A stretch of DNA of 64,000 bases from a virus (Duplodnaviria; Caudoviricetes): positions 32,001-96,000 of the IMG/VR virus record IMGVR_UViG_3300032038_000028; one strand, given 5' to 3'. Position numbers and translations under genes: made by a program. Shown piece after piece: positions 30,348-41,024 of this stretch. Numbering within the stretch: position 1 is the first letter of the stretch; every line of letters starts with the position of its first letter. Under the pieces are notes generated by a model. The model was given only the letters and a program-made list of their open reading frames with translations. It was not told the origin of the DNA and did no database searches.

Positions 30348-30959
30348 TTACGCGCTCACCTCTGACAGGTAGTCCTTCCTGATCATCGTCAGCTCGGCGA
30401 TGAAGGCGTCCAGCGATCCTGCGTCGAAGATGGCGACCTCCGACGATCCATTGGTAACCGTCAGGGTGCCGGTCTTTCCGTCCGTTTCCACTTCGTACTG
30501 GCACTCCAGACCCTTCAGCTTCACCGTACGTCTGCTGCTTACGACAGTGCAGACTGGAGTGCGGGCTGTGACAACAGGGGCTGCAGTCACAGGTGCCGCC
30601 GGGACTTCCACAGGAGCCTGCGCTTCCGGCTGAAGTTTCTTTTTCCGGTTGGGCCCGAGATCAGCAATGTACTTTTTAACGGTCTTCCAGCTCAGGCCGA
30701 CATGTTCCGCAATGGTGTTGATCGACTTGCCGTCCAGGTACATCTCCCGCATGGAATCAACGAGCTTGGTGGTCACGACACAACGCTTGCCCTTCCTCGG
30801 CTGGACGGGCTGGCGAATGTCCGGGCCGATATAGCGGAGGATGGTGGCAGGATGAACGTCCAGTCTCTCGGCGATCTGCCGGTTGGTGAGATGATCCTCG
30901 TTCCGCATGTGCAGAAGCTCGGCAACAGAAACAGATTTTGTCAGCGGTTCCTTTACCAT
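30348..30959 (-). CDS. Double-HTH DNA-binding protein
   Basis: LTNRQIAERLDVHPATILRY and KSINTIAEHVGLSWKTVKKY. Confidence 0.75.
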   Translation of the reverse strand: MVKEPLTKSVSVAELLHMRNEDHLTNRQIAERLDVHPATILRYIGPDIRQPVQPRKGKRCVVTTKLVDSMREMYLDGKSINTIAEHVGLSWKTVKKYIADLGPNRKKKLQPEAQAPVEVPAAPVTAAPVVTARTPVCTVVSSRRTVKLKGLECQYEVETDGKTGTLTVTNGSSEVAIFDAGSLDAFIAELTMIRKDYLSEVSA

Positions 30960-31017
30960 ATGCGATTCTCCTTCCAATAAAAAAGCACCCGGCGACCGGA
31001 TGCTGTTTTGTGGTTCC

Positions 31018-31046
31018 ATTATACAGTTTTGTGTGGGTGGTGTCAA
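31018..31046 (-). promoter_or_regulatory. Sigma-A promoter
   Basis: Minus strand TTGACA-17 bp-TATAAT, a perfect consensus. Confidence 0.85.
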
Positions 31047-31052
31047 ATGAAG

Positions 31053-31086
31053 AGGGCTAACCGGGACGTACGTCCCGGTTAGCCCT
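31053..31086. promoter_or_regulatory. 34-bp perfect palindrome (operator candidate)
   Basis: AGGGCTAACCGGGACGTACGTCCCGGTTAGCCCT; the central 20 bp recur at 52482-52501. Confidence 0.75.
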
Positions 31087-33167
31087 AATAATGTCTCTTA
31101 CCGGGGTAGTTGCCCCGATTACATTGTAACTCTGCAACGATCTTTGCCAGCTCCGCGGCCTCCGTTTCCGTCAAACCGCTATTCTATGGCCGACCCCAGG
31201 CTGTCGAGCGCTTCGCCTATACTCACGAGCACGTCGTCCAGCGTGAGCCCCGCATCGTCCAAATTCACCACAGCCTCCTCGCCCTTCTCATACCGCTCCG
31301 ACCCCTGCAGATTCTCCGGAATACAGTCCAGCGCCTCCTGTTCCTCGTCCTGTATATCCCCGACGACGCTCCGCAGTTCTTCCAGCCTTGATCTCACATC
31401 ACAGATCTCATCGAACACGGTGCTGATTCTCTCTCTGCGTTCCTTATTCATCCTGCTCCGCCTCCCATTTCTTCTGCTCGTCCACAAACTCGTTCCACCA
31501 TTCCGCGAAATCCTCTGCGGTCAGATCTTCCGGGACATCATACCCGGCGGCACGGAAACGCACCAGATCGCTGGCGGCGGTTTTTACGTCCAGCTCCAGA
31601 TCATATCCTACACGGCTGTTCAGCCAGTAATTTTTTACCCATTCATACGGCGTCATCTGCTGCTCCTCCTCTCCACAATGTAGCCGCGCAGGGTGCGCTT
31701 GGGATCGTCCTGCCAGTCCCGGTCGGCCGGATACCAGACAGGGAGGATGACAGAATCAGCGTAGCAGGAGAAAGCGGAATCATGCCTTTCCCGGTACCGT
31801 TCATCCCGGCACAGCTGCTCGGCTTCCTTCCGGGTGATCTGCTCGCAACCTGCCTGCTTTGCCCGCTCTTCCTGCTCGGGCGTCTCAGTGTATCCCAAAG
31901 AGTACTGGTTGGCGAAGTCTCCGCGCCTGATCCAGTAATGTTTCTTCATACGCATTCTCCTTACCGTCCGAGGATGACGTCAGAGATCACGGCGTGATCC
32001 GCAACGGCTTCCTGATAGAGGAAATATGAGTCATCCCAGGTGTACGTGTCCAGAAATTCTTCCAGAGGTGTTCCGTCCAGCCACCGGGCAACCCATTCCT
32101 TCGAGACCTCAAACACCCGGAGCTCGTTGTCATAGTCCTCATTTTCGCTTCCGTCATTCAGTAGCAGCGGCGGGTAGGTTTCCAATGCGATCTTCTCCAT
32201 AGCTATCTCCTTTCAGAATTTCCGGGCCAGCAGATTCATCAGTTCCGATGCGGCGGTCAGCACGCTGTCTCCGGTGACGTTGATGGTGTACAGGAGGTCG
32301 CCCGTTTCCCGTTCCCAGATCCAGAAGTACTCGTCGCCCGGGACGAGATGATGGTACTGGCGCTCCCACTCCGTGGTAGTGGATTCGAGCCAGGGGTCTG
32401 TTGCCCGGCGGTAGATGATGTTCCAGCTATACTCCTTGGGTGCGTCGATCACTTGCAAGACCGGTCGCATCTGTGTCACTATCATCTGCATCTGTCCGTC
32501 TCTGGTCATGATGGTTTACTCTCCTTTCTCGATCAGGTTCCAGTTGATCAGCGTCGCTTCGAGGCCGTCCGCGATCTCGCTGTAGTCCGTGCCGTAGATG
32601 TTGGCGGCATCAGGATCCTCGTTTTTCTCCGGGTTCCGGATGGCGATCCCCCTGGCGTCCAGAAAATCCTCGAAGACGTCGACCAGCTGGCCGATCAGTT
32701 CCATACGCTCACTGTTGTTCAGCTTCATCATAGCTCTCCTTCCTTTGGCCAGTTTTGTTACCATACTTCTTCATACTCTTCGTCGGCGTCGTCCTCCCAC
32801 TGTTCCGGCGGCAGAAGTTCCTGCCCGAACAGGTTGTACCAGCGGCCGCACTTTTCGCAGGGGCAGGCACCCATGTATCTGTCGTACAATTCCACCCTGT
32901 TTCCGCATGAGCAGGTGCCGCTGGCCGGCTCCCGGTAGCTGTGCTTGCGGCGGACGACTTCGCCGGCCATGACAAACTCGCCAGCGTGGTTCCGGCACCA
33001 TTCGAGATTCTTCAGGGCCGCCGGGTTCATGTCCGGCAACGGGTTCCCGCATTCATCGCAGGGGAAGACGAATCCGCTTCCGTCCTCACGTTCGTAGGCA
33101 ATTTCAAACCAGTACTCTGTCTTCCACTCGCCTCGGTCATAATTCTTCAGCATGGCGCGCTCCTCTC

Positions 33168-33470
33168 TCAGTCCCAGAAGAAGGTGTTGTCCCGTACGAA
33201 CCACCAGCCGGTGGTCTCGTCGGTGAGTCCGCTTCCCGCATCGTCTTCCGGGTCGAAGTAACCGTATTCGATGGCATCGTAGGAGGGGCAGGGGCCGCAG
33301 CAGTCAAAGCCGATCAGCTCGGCCAGCTCGATCGCCTGCGCTTCTGTCCGGCACAGGATGTAATCATAGCCAGAATACCATTTATCTGTCCCTTTGGCGG
33401 GATAGTCCGGCAGAGAACGGGCAATACCCACAAAGCTCTGATGAGCGGCATCGTGTTCCAGTAATCTCAT
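33168..33470 (-). CDS. Hypothetical protein, paralog of 34213-34515
   Basis: Shared motifs ILCRTE...G.(F/Y)DPE.D......DE.TGWW(F/Y)V. Confidence 0.7.
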   Translation of the reverse strand: MRLLEHDAAHQSFVGIARSLPDYPAKGTDKWYSGYDYILCRTEAQAIELAELIGFDCCGPCPSYDAIEYGYFDPEDDAGSGLTDETTGWWFVRDNTFFWD

Positions 33471-34523
33471 ATGATTATTCTACCTCCTCGATCTCGACGA
33501 CCTTGCCGTCTTCGTTGAACGTGATGTTATATGCTTTGCCGGTATTAAATCCACATCCGACAATCGTGTTGGAGTAGTTCAAATCGTCGACATAGTAGCT
33601 GATGCTGTCTCCGTTGTAATCGATGGATGCCATTCCAGTCATGATGGATTACTCTCCTTCCGGGCAATACTTCTGAATCCGCTCGTTAATTATGCGCATC
33701 GTGTCTTCTGATTCTCCGTACATCACCCATAGTGTGGTTGAGATGCACTCCCGGAAAGATTCCCTCAGGACGTTGTCACAAAAGTCGATCAGCTCTCCGG
33801 CTTTTTGCATAATCTCTTCCAATGTGGTGTCCTCTGGTAGCGTTTCGCTTTCCGTGATCTCTTCGACGAAGTCTCCCATATACAGGTAGTCACGGATCTG
33901 ATTGATCATTTCATCCGTCAGGCGTTCGCACTCTTCGAATGTCAGGAAATCATAGGACAGATCCCACTCCTCCAGTGCGCTGTCCATGCAATTGTGTACG
34001 GCAACTGTGACTCCGTCCATGCTGCGCTGGATCTGCATACTGTACTCCGTTTTGCGCCAGCCGTGCCACCCGGTATCAAACGGCTGTCCGCTGGCCAGCG
34101 CCGCCCGCAGCTGCTCTTCCACTCCGTCGTACCAGTCGTCGAGACCCCATCTGCCCCAGTCGTCAAAATCAAATGCCATTGTAATATCTCCTTCCTTTAT
34201 ATGCCATGGATTTCAGGTTGTCACGTACCACCATCCGGTGTACTCATCAACGCAGTCATTCTCCCGGTCTCCTTCGGGATCATAGCACCCGGTCAGCGTT
34301 GTATACCCATGCTCATCCAGCCAGTCCGCTACAGCATCGGCGACGTCTTCCGTCCGGCACAGGATGTCGTCTCCGTCATACCACATGTCGCTTGTTGTTA
34401 CAGGCTTCTTCGGCAGGGTATTCCCCAGCAGCGCAAATAGATTCTGTTCCGCCAGAATATCATCCGCCCAGCCGAAGACTTCACGTCTTACCTGGTCTCT
34501 CGATTTCATATTCATATCTCCTC

Positions 34524-35180
34524 TCACATGATTACGGTTCCAACGGGCTCGGTGGTGGTGTCTATGTTCCAACCTCTGTCGCTCTGATTGACGCCCATCC
34601 AATCGATCTCCTCATCCGCAATGAAAGGCTCTCCACCCGTGCTGGTATCCAGTAACTTGCTGCCAAACTCCTCCGGCGTCATTTCACACAGCACTTTCCG
34701 GCCGAGCTTTGCAATCGCATCCATCGTGGCGTCTTTCGGCACGGACAGGTACATCCGATAGGTGCGAACCAGGCCGAAGTCAATGCAGGCAACGGCGTGC
34801 TCTTCCGGTTCCTTTTTCTCTTCGGTGAAGTGCCAGACGGTTTCCGGCAGGGAGCCGTCTTTGATCTGGACATAGACGCAGACTTCACTGCACATCAGCC
34901 TGCACTCAGACACCCAATTCCACACGACGTCCCGGAGCCGGCTCGGGGTCTCTCTAAAGTCTTCTTCCGTTTCCGAGAACGCCGCTGTGCTTCCGCCGCC
35001 GTAGTAGTCTGCGATCCAGCACATGCCGTTGTCAAACATGGCGTCAGGCAGACGGCGGATGCCGTAGGAATACTCGCCGTCTTTGGTCGCCGCCAGTCCG
35101 ATTTCAGATCCGACATCCATCTTGCGCATCCGGTCAACCAGTTCCATCACGGTAATCATTTCTGTTTTGTACATATTCAT
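34524..35180 (-). CDS. Hypothetical protein, tandem paralog 1
   Basis: Shares KTE.IT..EL..RMRKM..G, YGIRRLPD.M.DNG.CWIAD.YGGG with the adjacent gene. Confidence 0.75.
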   Translation of the reverse strand: MNMYKTEMITVMELVDRMRKMDVGSEIGLAATKDGEYSYGIRRLPDAMFDNGMCWIADYYGGGSTAAFSETEEDFRETPSRLRDVVWNWVSECRLMCSEVCVYVQIKDGSLPETVWHFTEEKKEPEEHAVACIDFGLVRTYRMYLSVPKDATMDAIAKLGRKVLCEMTPEEFGSKLLDTSTGGEPFIADEEIDWMGVNQSDRGWNIDTTTEPVGTVIM

Positions 35181-35188
35181 ATCTCCCT

Positions 35189-35836
35189 TCACTTTACTAC
35201 TGTTCCCACGGGCAGTTCCGTTTCGCAGTCTTCAAAGCCTACGAAATCCTGATCCACTTCCATCCAGTTAATGTCTTCCATGTCGATAAAGGGATCCCGC
35301 CCTTCGCTGTCGTCGGTCACCTTCTGTTCGAATTCGCCGGTCACCATCTGGCACAGAGCCTTCTTGGCGGCGTCCTGAATCTCTTCGTCCGTCGCTTCCG
35401 GCGGGACGGAGATGTACATATTGAAGGGACGGTTCATCTCGAAGTTGATGCAGGCCAAGCGATTCTTCTTCGGTTCCACAACCGTCCTCTGAAAATCGTA
35501 TCGGATTTCCTGCTCGGTTCCGTCTTTGATTGCCACCTGTACGGTTTCACCATCATCGCCCATCAGATGTACCATGAACAACCAGGTGAACAACTGGGAT
35601 TTCAGAGAAACCCCATGCGCTCCGTCCGTGAACACCCTCGCTGCTCCGCCGCCGTACACATCGGCGATCCAGCAACTGCCATTATCCAGCATGTTGTCCG
35701 GCAGGCGGCGGATTCCATACCACTGCTCTTCATCATTCTGCTTTCTTACCAGATCGATCGCGGTTCCGATTTCCATTTTGCGCATCCGCTGCTCCAGTTC
35801 TTTCGCGGTAATCTTTTCGGTTTTGATCATGTTCAT
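35189..35836 (-). CDS. Hypothetical protein, tandem paralog 2
   Basis: Collinear with paralog 1 over its full length. Confidence 0.75.
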   Translation of the reverse strand: MNMIKTEKITAKELEQRMRKMEIGTAIDLVRKQNDEEQWYGIRRLPDNMLDNGSCWIADVYGGGAARVFTDGAHGVSLKSQLFTWLFMVHLMGDDGETVQVAIKDGTEQEIRYDFQRTVVEPKKNRLACINFEMNRPFNMYISVPPEATDEEIQDAAKKALCQMVTGEFEQKVTDDSEGRDPFIDMEDINWMEVDQDFVGFEDCETELPVGTVVK

Positions 35837-37829
35837 ATCTCCTTTCACCACAGTTCGCTATACCATTCATCCATGATACTCCGGCTCTCAAACCTGCAGC
35901 CCTTATAATAGGTAACTTCAACACTAAGTAACCGCCGATCCGCGGAGCGCAGGCAGAAGGTACACTGGGGAAACTGTTTGCTGATCGTACGCATGATGCT
36001 GTGGACATCCAGTTCGCAGAGTCCCTTGGATTCAAAGACCAGCTCTTCTCCCGGTTCCTTCACCCACACACGGTCGTAGTCCGAGAACAGCGCCGTGTCA
36101 AACAGATCCTGATTGTACAGGGCTTGCCAGATTTTGTGGATCAGTGCCGCCGTGAAGGTACTGGCTCCGCCGTTGTTGTGGATGAACAGCGAGTAGTACT
36201 TCATGTTCCTGTCTCCTTTCACACTCTCGGGTTCCATCCGCCGATGAAGGTCAGCCGCTCCCGGTTATCCTGCTTCGTGGCTTCGTAGAGGAAGTAACCC
36301 AGGTTCTGTTTCCGCATGGCTTTCGTGGCGGCCATGGCTTCTTCGTGGGTGTCCAGCAGGCGGGGCTTGTCGCACAGGGGAATCAGTTTGTAGTAGGTTT
36401 TCATAGGACGGCTCCTTTCATTTCCACGCCCAGCTTCCGGGCGATCACACGTTCCAGCGTTAACTGGATCTCCGCGTCCGTCACAGATTCATGATTCGGC
36501 AGTTCCCGCCAGACCGCCATCTGCAAGACGGGCTGGACGTCGTCGTAATGGGCTTCAAAATGCCGCCCGATTTCCCGATTGATCCGCGTCAGAATTTCAT
36601 TCCGCTTGTCTTCGCTGGTGGCAGGGGCGAGCTGATCGTCCGGGATCAGCCAGCTGCATCCGCTCACTGTGTACTGTGCCAGCCCACTTTCCCAGTAGCG
36701 GAGCGGGACAGTCATGGTGTACTGGCGATGGCAGTAGTCGATGGTTTGCACGCCGGCAAGCTTAGCTGCCAGCAACGGGTTAACTTCCGAGACACGCCGC
36801 AGGAAATCCGTGGAGATGGTTACCTGATCGCCCTTATGGAACCGGCCGAGGATGGCGATTTTGTTTCCGTCCCAGTCCGTTGCGGTTTCAAATACGATGT
36901 AGGGTTTCTGATCCTTTTTCATACGCTCACTCCTCCTCCTTGAACGTGCTGTCGATCTGTTCCGCCGTGAGATTCACATCCCATACGGGTTCATCCCAGT
37001 GGGATTCCGGCGACCAGTAGTGGGCTTTCATCTGTACATCTGTCAGATCACACTGATCCACTTCCACCAGCATCGGGGCAAAGACATTTCCGTCCGGCCG
37101 CTTCAGGCTGATGTACACACCGGGGTAATCACCATTCGGCGAAACGTCCACAGGTTCCACCAGCAGGGTTCCCAGTGCGGTGTCGATTTCCATCTTGGCT
37201 TCCTGTTCGATCACGGTTCCGTCTTTCAGAATGATGCGCATGGTGTATCTCCTTTCAGTCCGTCGTCCGGTAATAGTAGTCGGCTTCTTCGCCGGTTAGG
37301 TGTTCCTGTGCATAGGTGTCGGCTTCACCGTACAGTTTGTTGTACATCTCCGCCATGTTCTGCCTGCCCGAGTTGTACCACTGCCAGAGCTTGTGGTTCA
37401 GCACCATGACCAGCTCGGTCAGGTATACACAGTTGTCTTTCCATTCCGCGAAAGCCCGATCGAAGGTATCCTGCACAGCGGCAGGGCCGAAGCGGTCAGC
37501 GATGGAGAAGTCCATCCAGAAGGTGGTCTGCAATTCGTAGTCCGTGTTGGGAAGATACATGGGGCACGCTCCTTTCATCAATATCCTTCGTAGTATTTTG
37601 AGATCACGCTGTGCGGCAGGAATTTGTATCCGCGCTCCGCCAGCGTATCCATGATGTAGTTCTCCATGTTGAGCACGGTGAAGTCATCTTCGGCGACTGA
37701 CTCACGGTACTCTTCTTCGAGGTCGTCCATCAGGTATTCAAAGTCATCATCCGATTCCGGCGCTTCGATCAGGGCGAAGTCGTCGTCGCCGTAGTCATTG
37801 TGCATATGGATCAGCTTGATGCTCATGAT

Positions 37830-38378
37830 TTACTCTCCTTCCTCTTCCTCATCGTCGTCACACATCTCATCTTCGTAAATTCCCCAAAGGTCGGCGGCTG
37901 TTTCCCAGAACTCCGGCGTTCCGTATGCGTAGTCGTCGCTGTCTGAACAAACCATGTCATCCTCGAACCAGAACACATGCCATTTCGCTCCGCAAGCGAT
38001 ATCTTCATTCATGGCTGTGACATCGATCTGTGCTTTGGTGTTTTCAACCAGCGCCCACACCGGCGGTTCAGCAAATGACCATGCTGTATCATATCTGATT
38101 TCATGGCGCTGATAATTAACGTTGCCATGACAGGCATTCCATTTGGTACCCCAATGATTGACACTCCAGTCGTACCAGTTAAGCTCGCCCGGATACTTCT
38201 CTCTGTCCTCCGCACTCAGCGGCCCGCGGAACACCGTGTCCGGCATCGGGATCAGTTTCTGAAAATCCAGAGTCGTATCGCCATCGGGTTCCTTTGTGCA
38301 GTACTGATCTACAATGTTCCTGAATTCTTCGTCCGTGACATCTACAAACCTCAACTTCGTTGCAACCCAGTTCGGCAT
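37830..38378 (-). CDS. DUF1281/YubB ferredoxin-like domain protein
   Basis: MPNW..., WYDW...HWGTKWNA, YDTAWS..EP. Confidence 0.7.
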   Translation of the reverse strand: MPNWVATKLRFVDVTDEEFRNIVDQYCTKEPDGDTTLDFQKLIPMPDTVFRGPLSAEDREKYPGELNWYDWSVNHWGTKWNACHGNVNYQRHEIRYDTAWSFAEPPVWALVENTKAQIDVTAMNEDIACGAKWHVFWFEDDMVCSDSDDYAYGTPEFWETAADLWGIYEDEMCDDDEEEEGE

Positions 38379-39581
38379 ACTCTTATCTCCTTCCTTACAG
38401 ATGGGCGTCCACGGCGCCGCAGATGTAGTACTTTTTGCCAGGCTCCGCTGCCCGCATGAAGTCCTGTGCCGTCAGCCAGCCGTCGTCCCATGAGAAAAAC
38501 ATGCTCTCGTCGGTAGCATCATGGGACATGCTGAGCCGGTACAGGCCCGGTACACTGTACGCCCTCATATCTTCTTCCGTTGTGGTATTGAGCAAAGCAA
38601 GCGCTTTCTTGAATTCCTGCCAGATACCGTGGAAGTAATTGTCGATAGATTCCTGATCCAGCTGGACGTACCAGCCGTTCTCATCCTGATCCACAACGGC
38701 GCGTCCGCCGGTCAGCCAGTCGCTGATCTCCTGCGCCAGCTCTTCGTCGGAAGTCGAGATGTCCTGCCAGTAATCATAGTGGCCGATGGCATAGGAGTCA
38801 TCATCCAGCATGTCGGCTGCGATCTTGTCGATGTTGTCCGTGTTTTCTGCGATTCCGTAAATTGTGATATGCATATTCTTATCTCCTTCCATTAAAAAAG
38901 GAACCGGCTTACGGTTCCCGTTCGATTGCTTCCAGTTCTCTGAGCGCCCAGCGGTGGCTGACCTGTTTGGATGCCACCCGGTTGAGCAGGTCGAGGAGCA
39001 GTTTGGTCTTGGTTCGGTAATGGATCCTGCCCGGTGATCCGTGACGGTAGCGGACACGGTACTCGAACATTTCCCGGGCGTAGTCTTCGTTCATGCACCG
39101 CTCAGTGGCGATGCGGATTTTCCTGTACACCCGCTCGGCGTCCGGTGGGAGATTCTCGCTCCGCTTTACCTTCACCCGGGCGTTTGTGTTCTTCCATCCT
39201 TTGCCCATAGGTATCTCCTTCCGTTAATCGATCTCAATGGTGAATCCTTCGGGGTGTATGTAGTCTATCTCCACGTCTGGCCACAGCTCCGACATGCGGT
39301 CGATAATGTAGTCGTCTGCACTCAGGCGGTCGCCATCATACAGGAGCTCACATGGCGTCTCTCCGTCATCGTTTTCTGTTGTGAATTCCTTTGCGATCTT
39401 CTGAAGGTCGTCGATCATGCGCCACCATTCGTCAACCGTGCATCCGTTATAGGTTACGTTGTACAGGAGCTGGTAGTCTTCACCGGGAGCTCCGACTCCG
39501 CAATTGGCGGCGTCCATCCCGTTCCATTTGATTCTCATGATCTGCTTCATCATGATCTGCTTCATATTCTCATCTCCTTTC

Positions 39582-39998
39582 TCAGGCGGTGGTCTGTTCC
39601 TGCCAGCGGAGCTGCTGCGCTTCCTGAGCTGTTCTCATCTGCACGTTACGGCGTTTCAGGAAATTCCTGACGGTTGGTTCCGCCACATGAAAGACTGTCG
39701 CGATTTTAGGGCAGGACATGCCCTGCTGATACATCTCGAGCACTTCCTTCTCAAACTGTGGCAGGACGCCGATCCGACTGGTTCGCACAGGCTTCCAGTT
39801 CCTAACTGGTTCCGGCTTCCGAGGATCCAGCGCCACGATCTTCGGTTCCATCTTCGGCTCCGTCGTGTCCGAGCTGGTTTTCAAGGTGATGGTCGCATGC
39901 TGTGCGATGGTTTCTTTAATCTCTTCCGCGGTCAGTTCGATCTCCAGTTTCATGCCAGCAACGTTCCGAATGATAATCATATTCATGTCTCCTTCCAT
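39582..39998 (-). CDS. HTH domain protein
   Basis: YQQGMSCPKIATVFHVAEPTVRNFLK. Confidence 0.65.
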   Translation of the reverse strand: MEGDMNMIIIRNVAGMKLEIELTAEEIKETIAQHATITLKTSSDTTEPKMEPKIVALDPRKPEPVRNWKPVRTSRIGVLPQFEKEVLEMYQQGMSCPKIATVFHVAEPTVRNFLKRRNVQMRTAQEAQQLRWQEQTTA

Positions 39999-40337
39999 TA
40001 TAAAAGACGCCCGATGTCAGGCGTCCTCTTTCCAAAGTTCTTTTTTTGCTTGGTTATATGCGTCCTTGAACAGCATCCTCGGATTCTCCTTGAGTATCTC
40101 CATCGCTCTGGCTTTGGTGATCTCGTACCGCCGGTTGGATTCCGCCTGCCGTTCCTCGGCTTCACGTTTCTCGCGCTTTTCCTTTGCATCTGCGCAGGCC
40201 AACCAGATCAGGATGATAATCACGATCACGACGGCGGTTCCTGCCCGGGCGAAATCCCCGGACGACATGTCGATGAAGAGACAACAGGCAAGAATAGCGA
40301 TGGCAACTAATCCGAACATTGCATCTCCCCTTTCCGA

Positions 40338-41024
40338 TTAACGCAGGATTTCCAGGATATCGAACTCGGTGTCCTTCCGGTAGCAACGCTTGCAGGTGGC
40401 ACAACTGATTCCGGCACAGTTGGATTTCACGCCGTGGGCCAGCAGCCATTCCTTCGTGTAGACGGTGAAGCGGTGATCCACATATGGGAGAGCCCACGGT
40501 GGAATCGCGTCCGGCATGTTGATCCGCAGGCTGGAGAAGACGAGCGTCATGTTTTCCGGCTTGCCTTCCTGCTTCAGAGCTTCCACCCAGAGATCCAGAT
40601 TCTTCGTCCAGACCCCGAACCGGCAGTCCGGATTGGCCTTGATGATCCTGATGTAGTTGACTGCCTGCAGGACACTGGCGACATCGCCGAAGCTCTCCAC
40701 CCGGGTCAGCTTGTCAGGATTGATCCTTAATGCTTTCGGAGTCCACTTGACCTTGGGCGCCGTTTCGATTTCCGTTGCGTTCAGTGTAGCAAAATTCTGT
40801 CCGGTTGTCAACTTAAGTCCGGGGCGGATCTTCTGCAGGGCACAGCTGAAGCAGTGAGCGCACACCGCTTCGCCGTTCAGCATCCGTGCAACGCACCGGG
40901 GATTCATCAGACAGCAGGTGGAGAAGGACGGGAGCCCGGCCATTTTGGATTTGCAATCGTGTTCCGTCTGGATGAGCTCCGCTGTGGTTCCGTTCGCCAT
41001 GGTCATCGCAAGTCTGTACGCCAT
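40338..41024 (-). CDS. Gp88-like Cys-rich protein
   Basis: SKM....S, CAHCF, RVESFGD, WTKN, CATCKRC. Confidence 0.55.
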   Translation of the reverse strand: MAYRLAMTMANGTTAELIQTEHDCKSKMAGLPSFSTCCLMNPRCVARMLNGEAVCAHCFSCALQKIRPGLKLTTGQNFATLNATEIETAPKVKWTPKALRINPDKLTRVESFGDVASVLQAVNYIRIIKANPDCRFGVWTKNLDLWVEALKQEGKPENMTLVFSSLRINMPDAIPPWALPYVDHRFTVYTKEWLLAHGVKSNCAGISCATCKRCYRKDTEFDILEILR

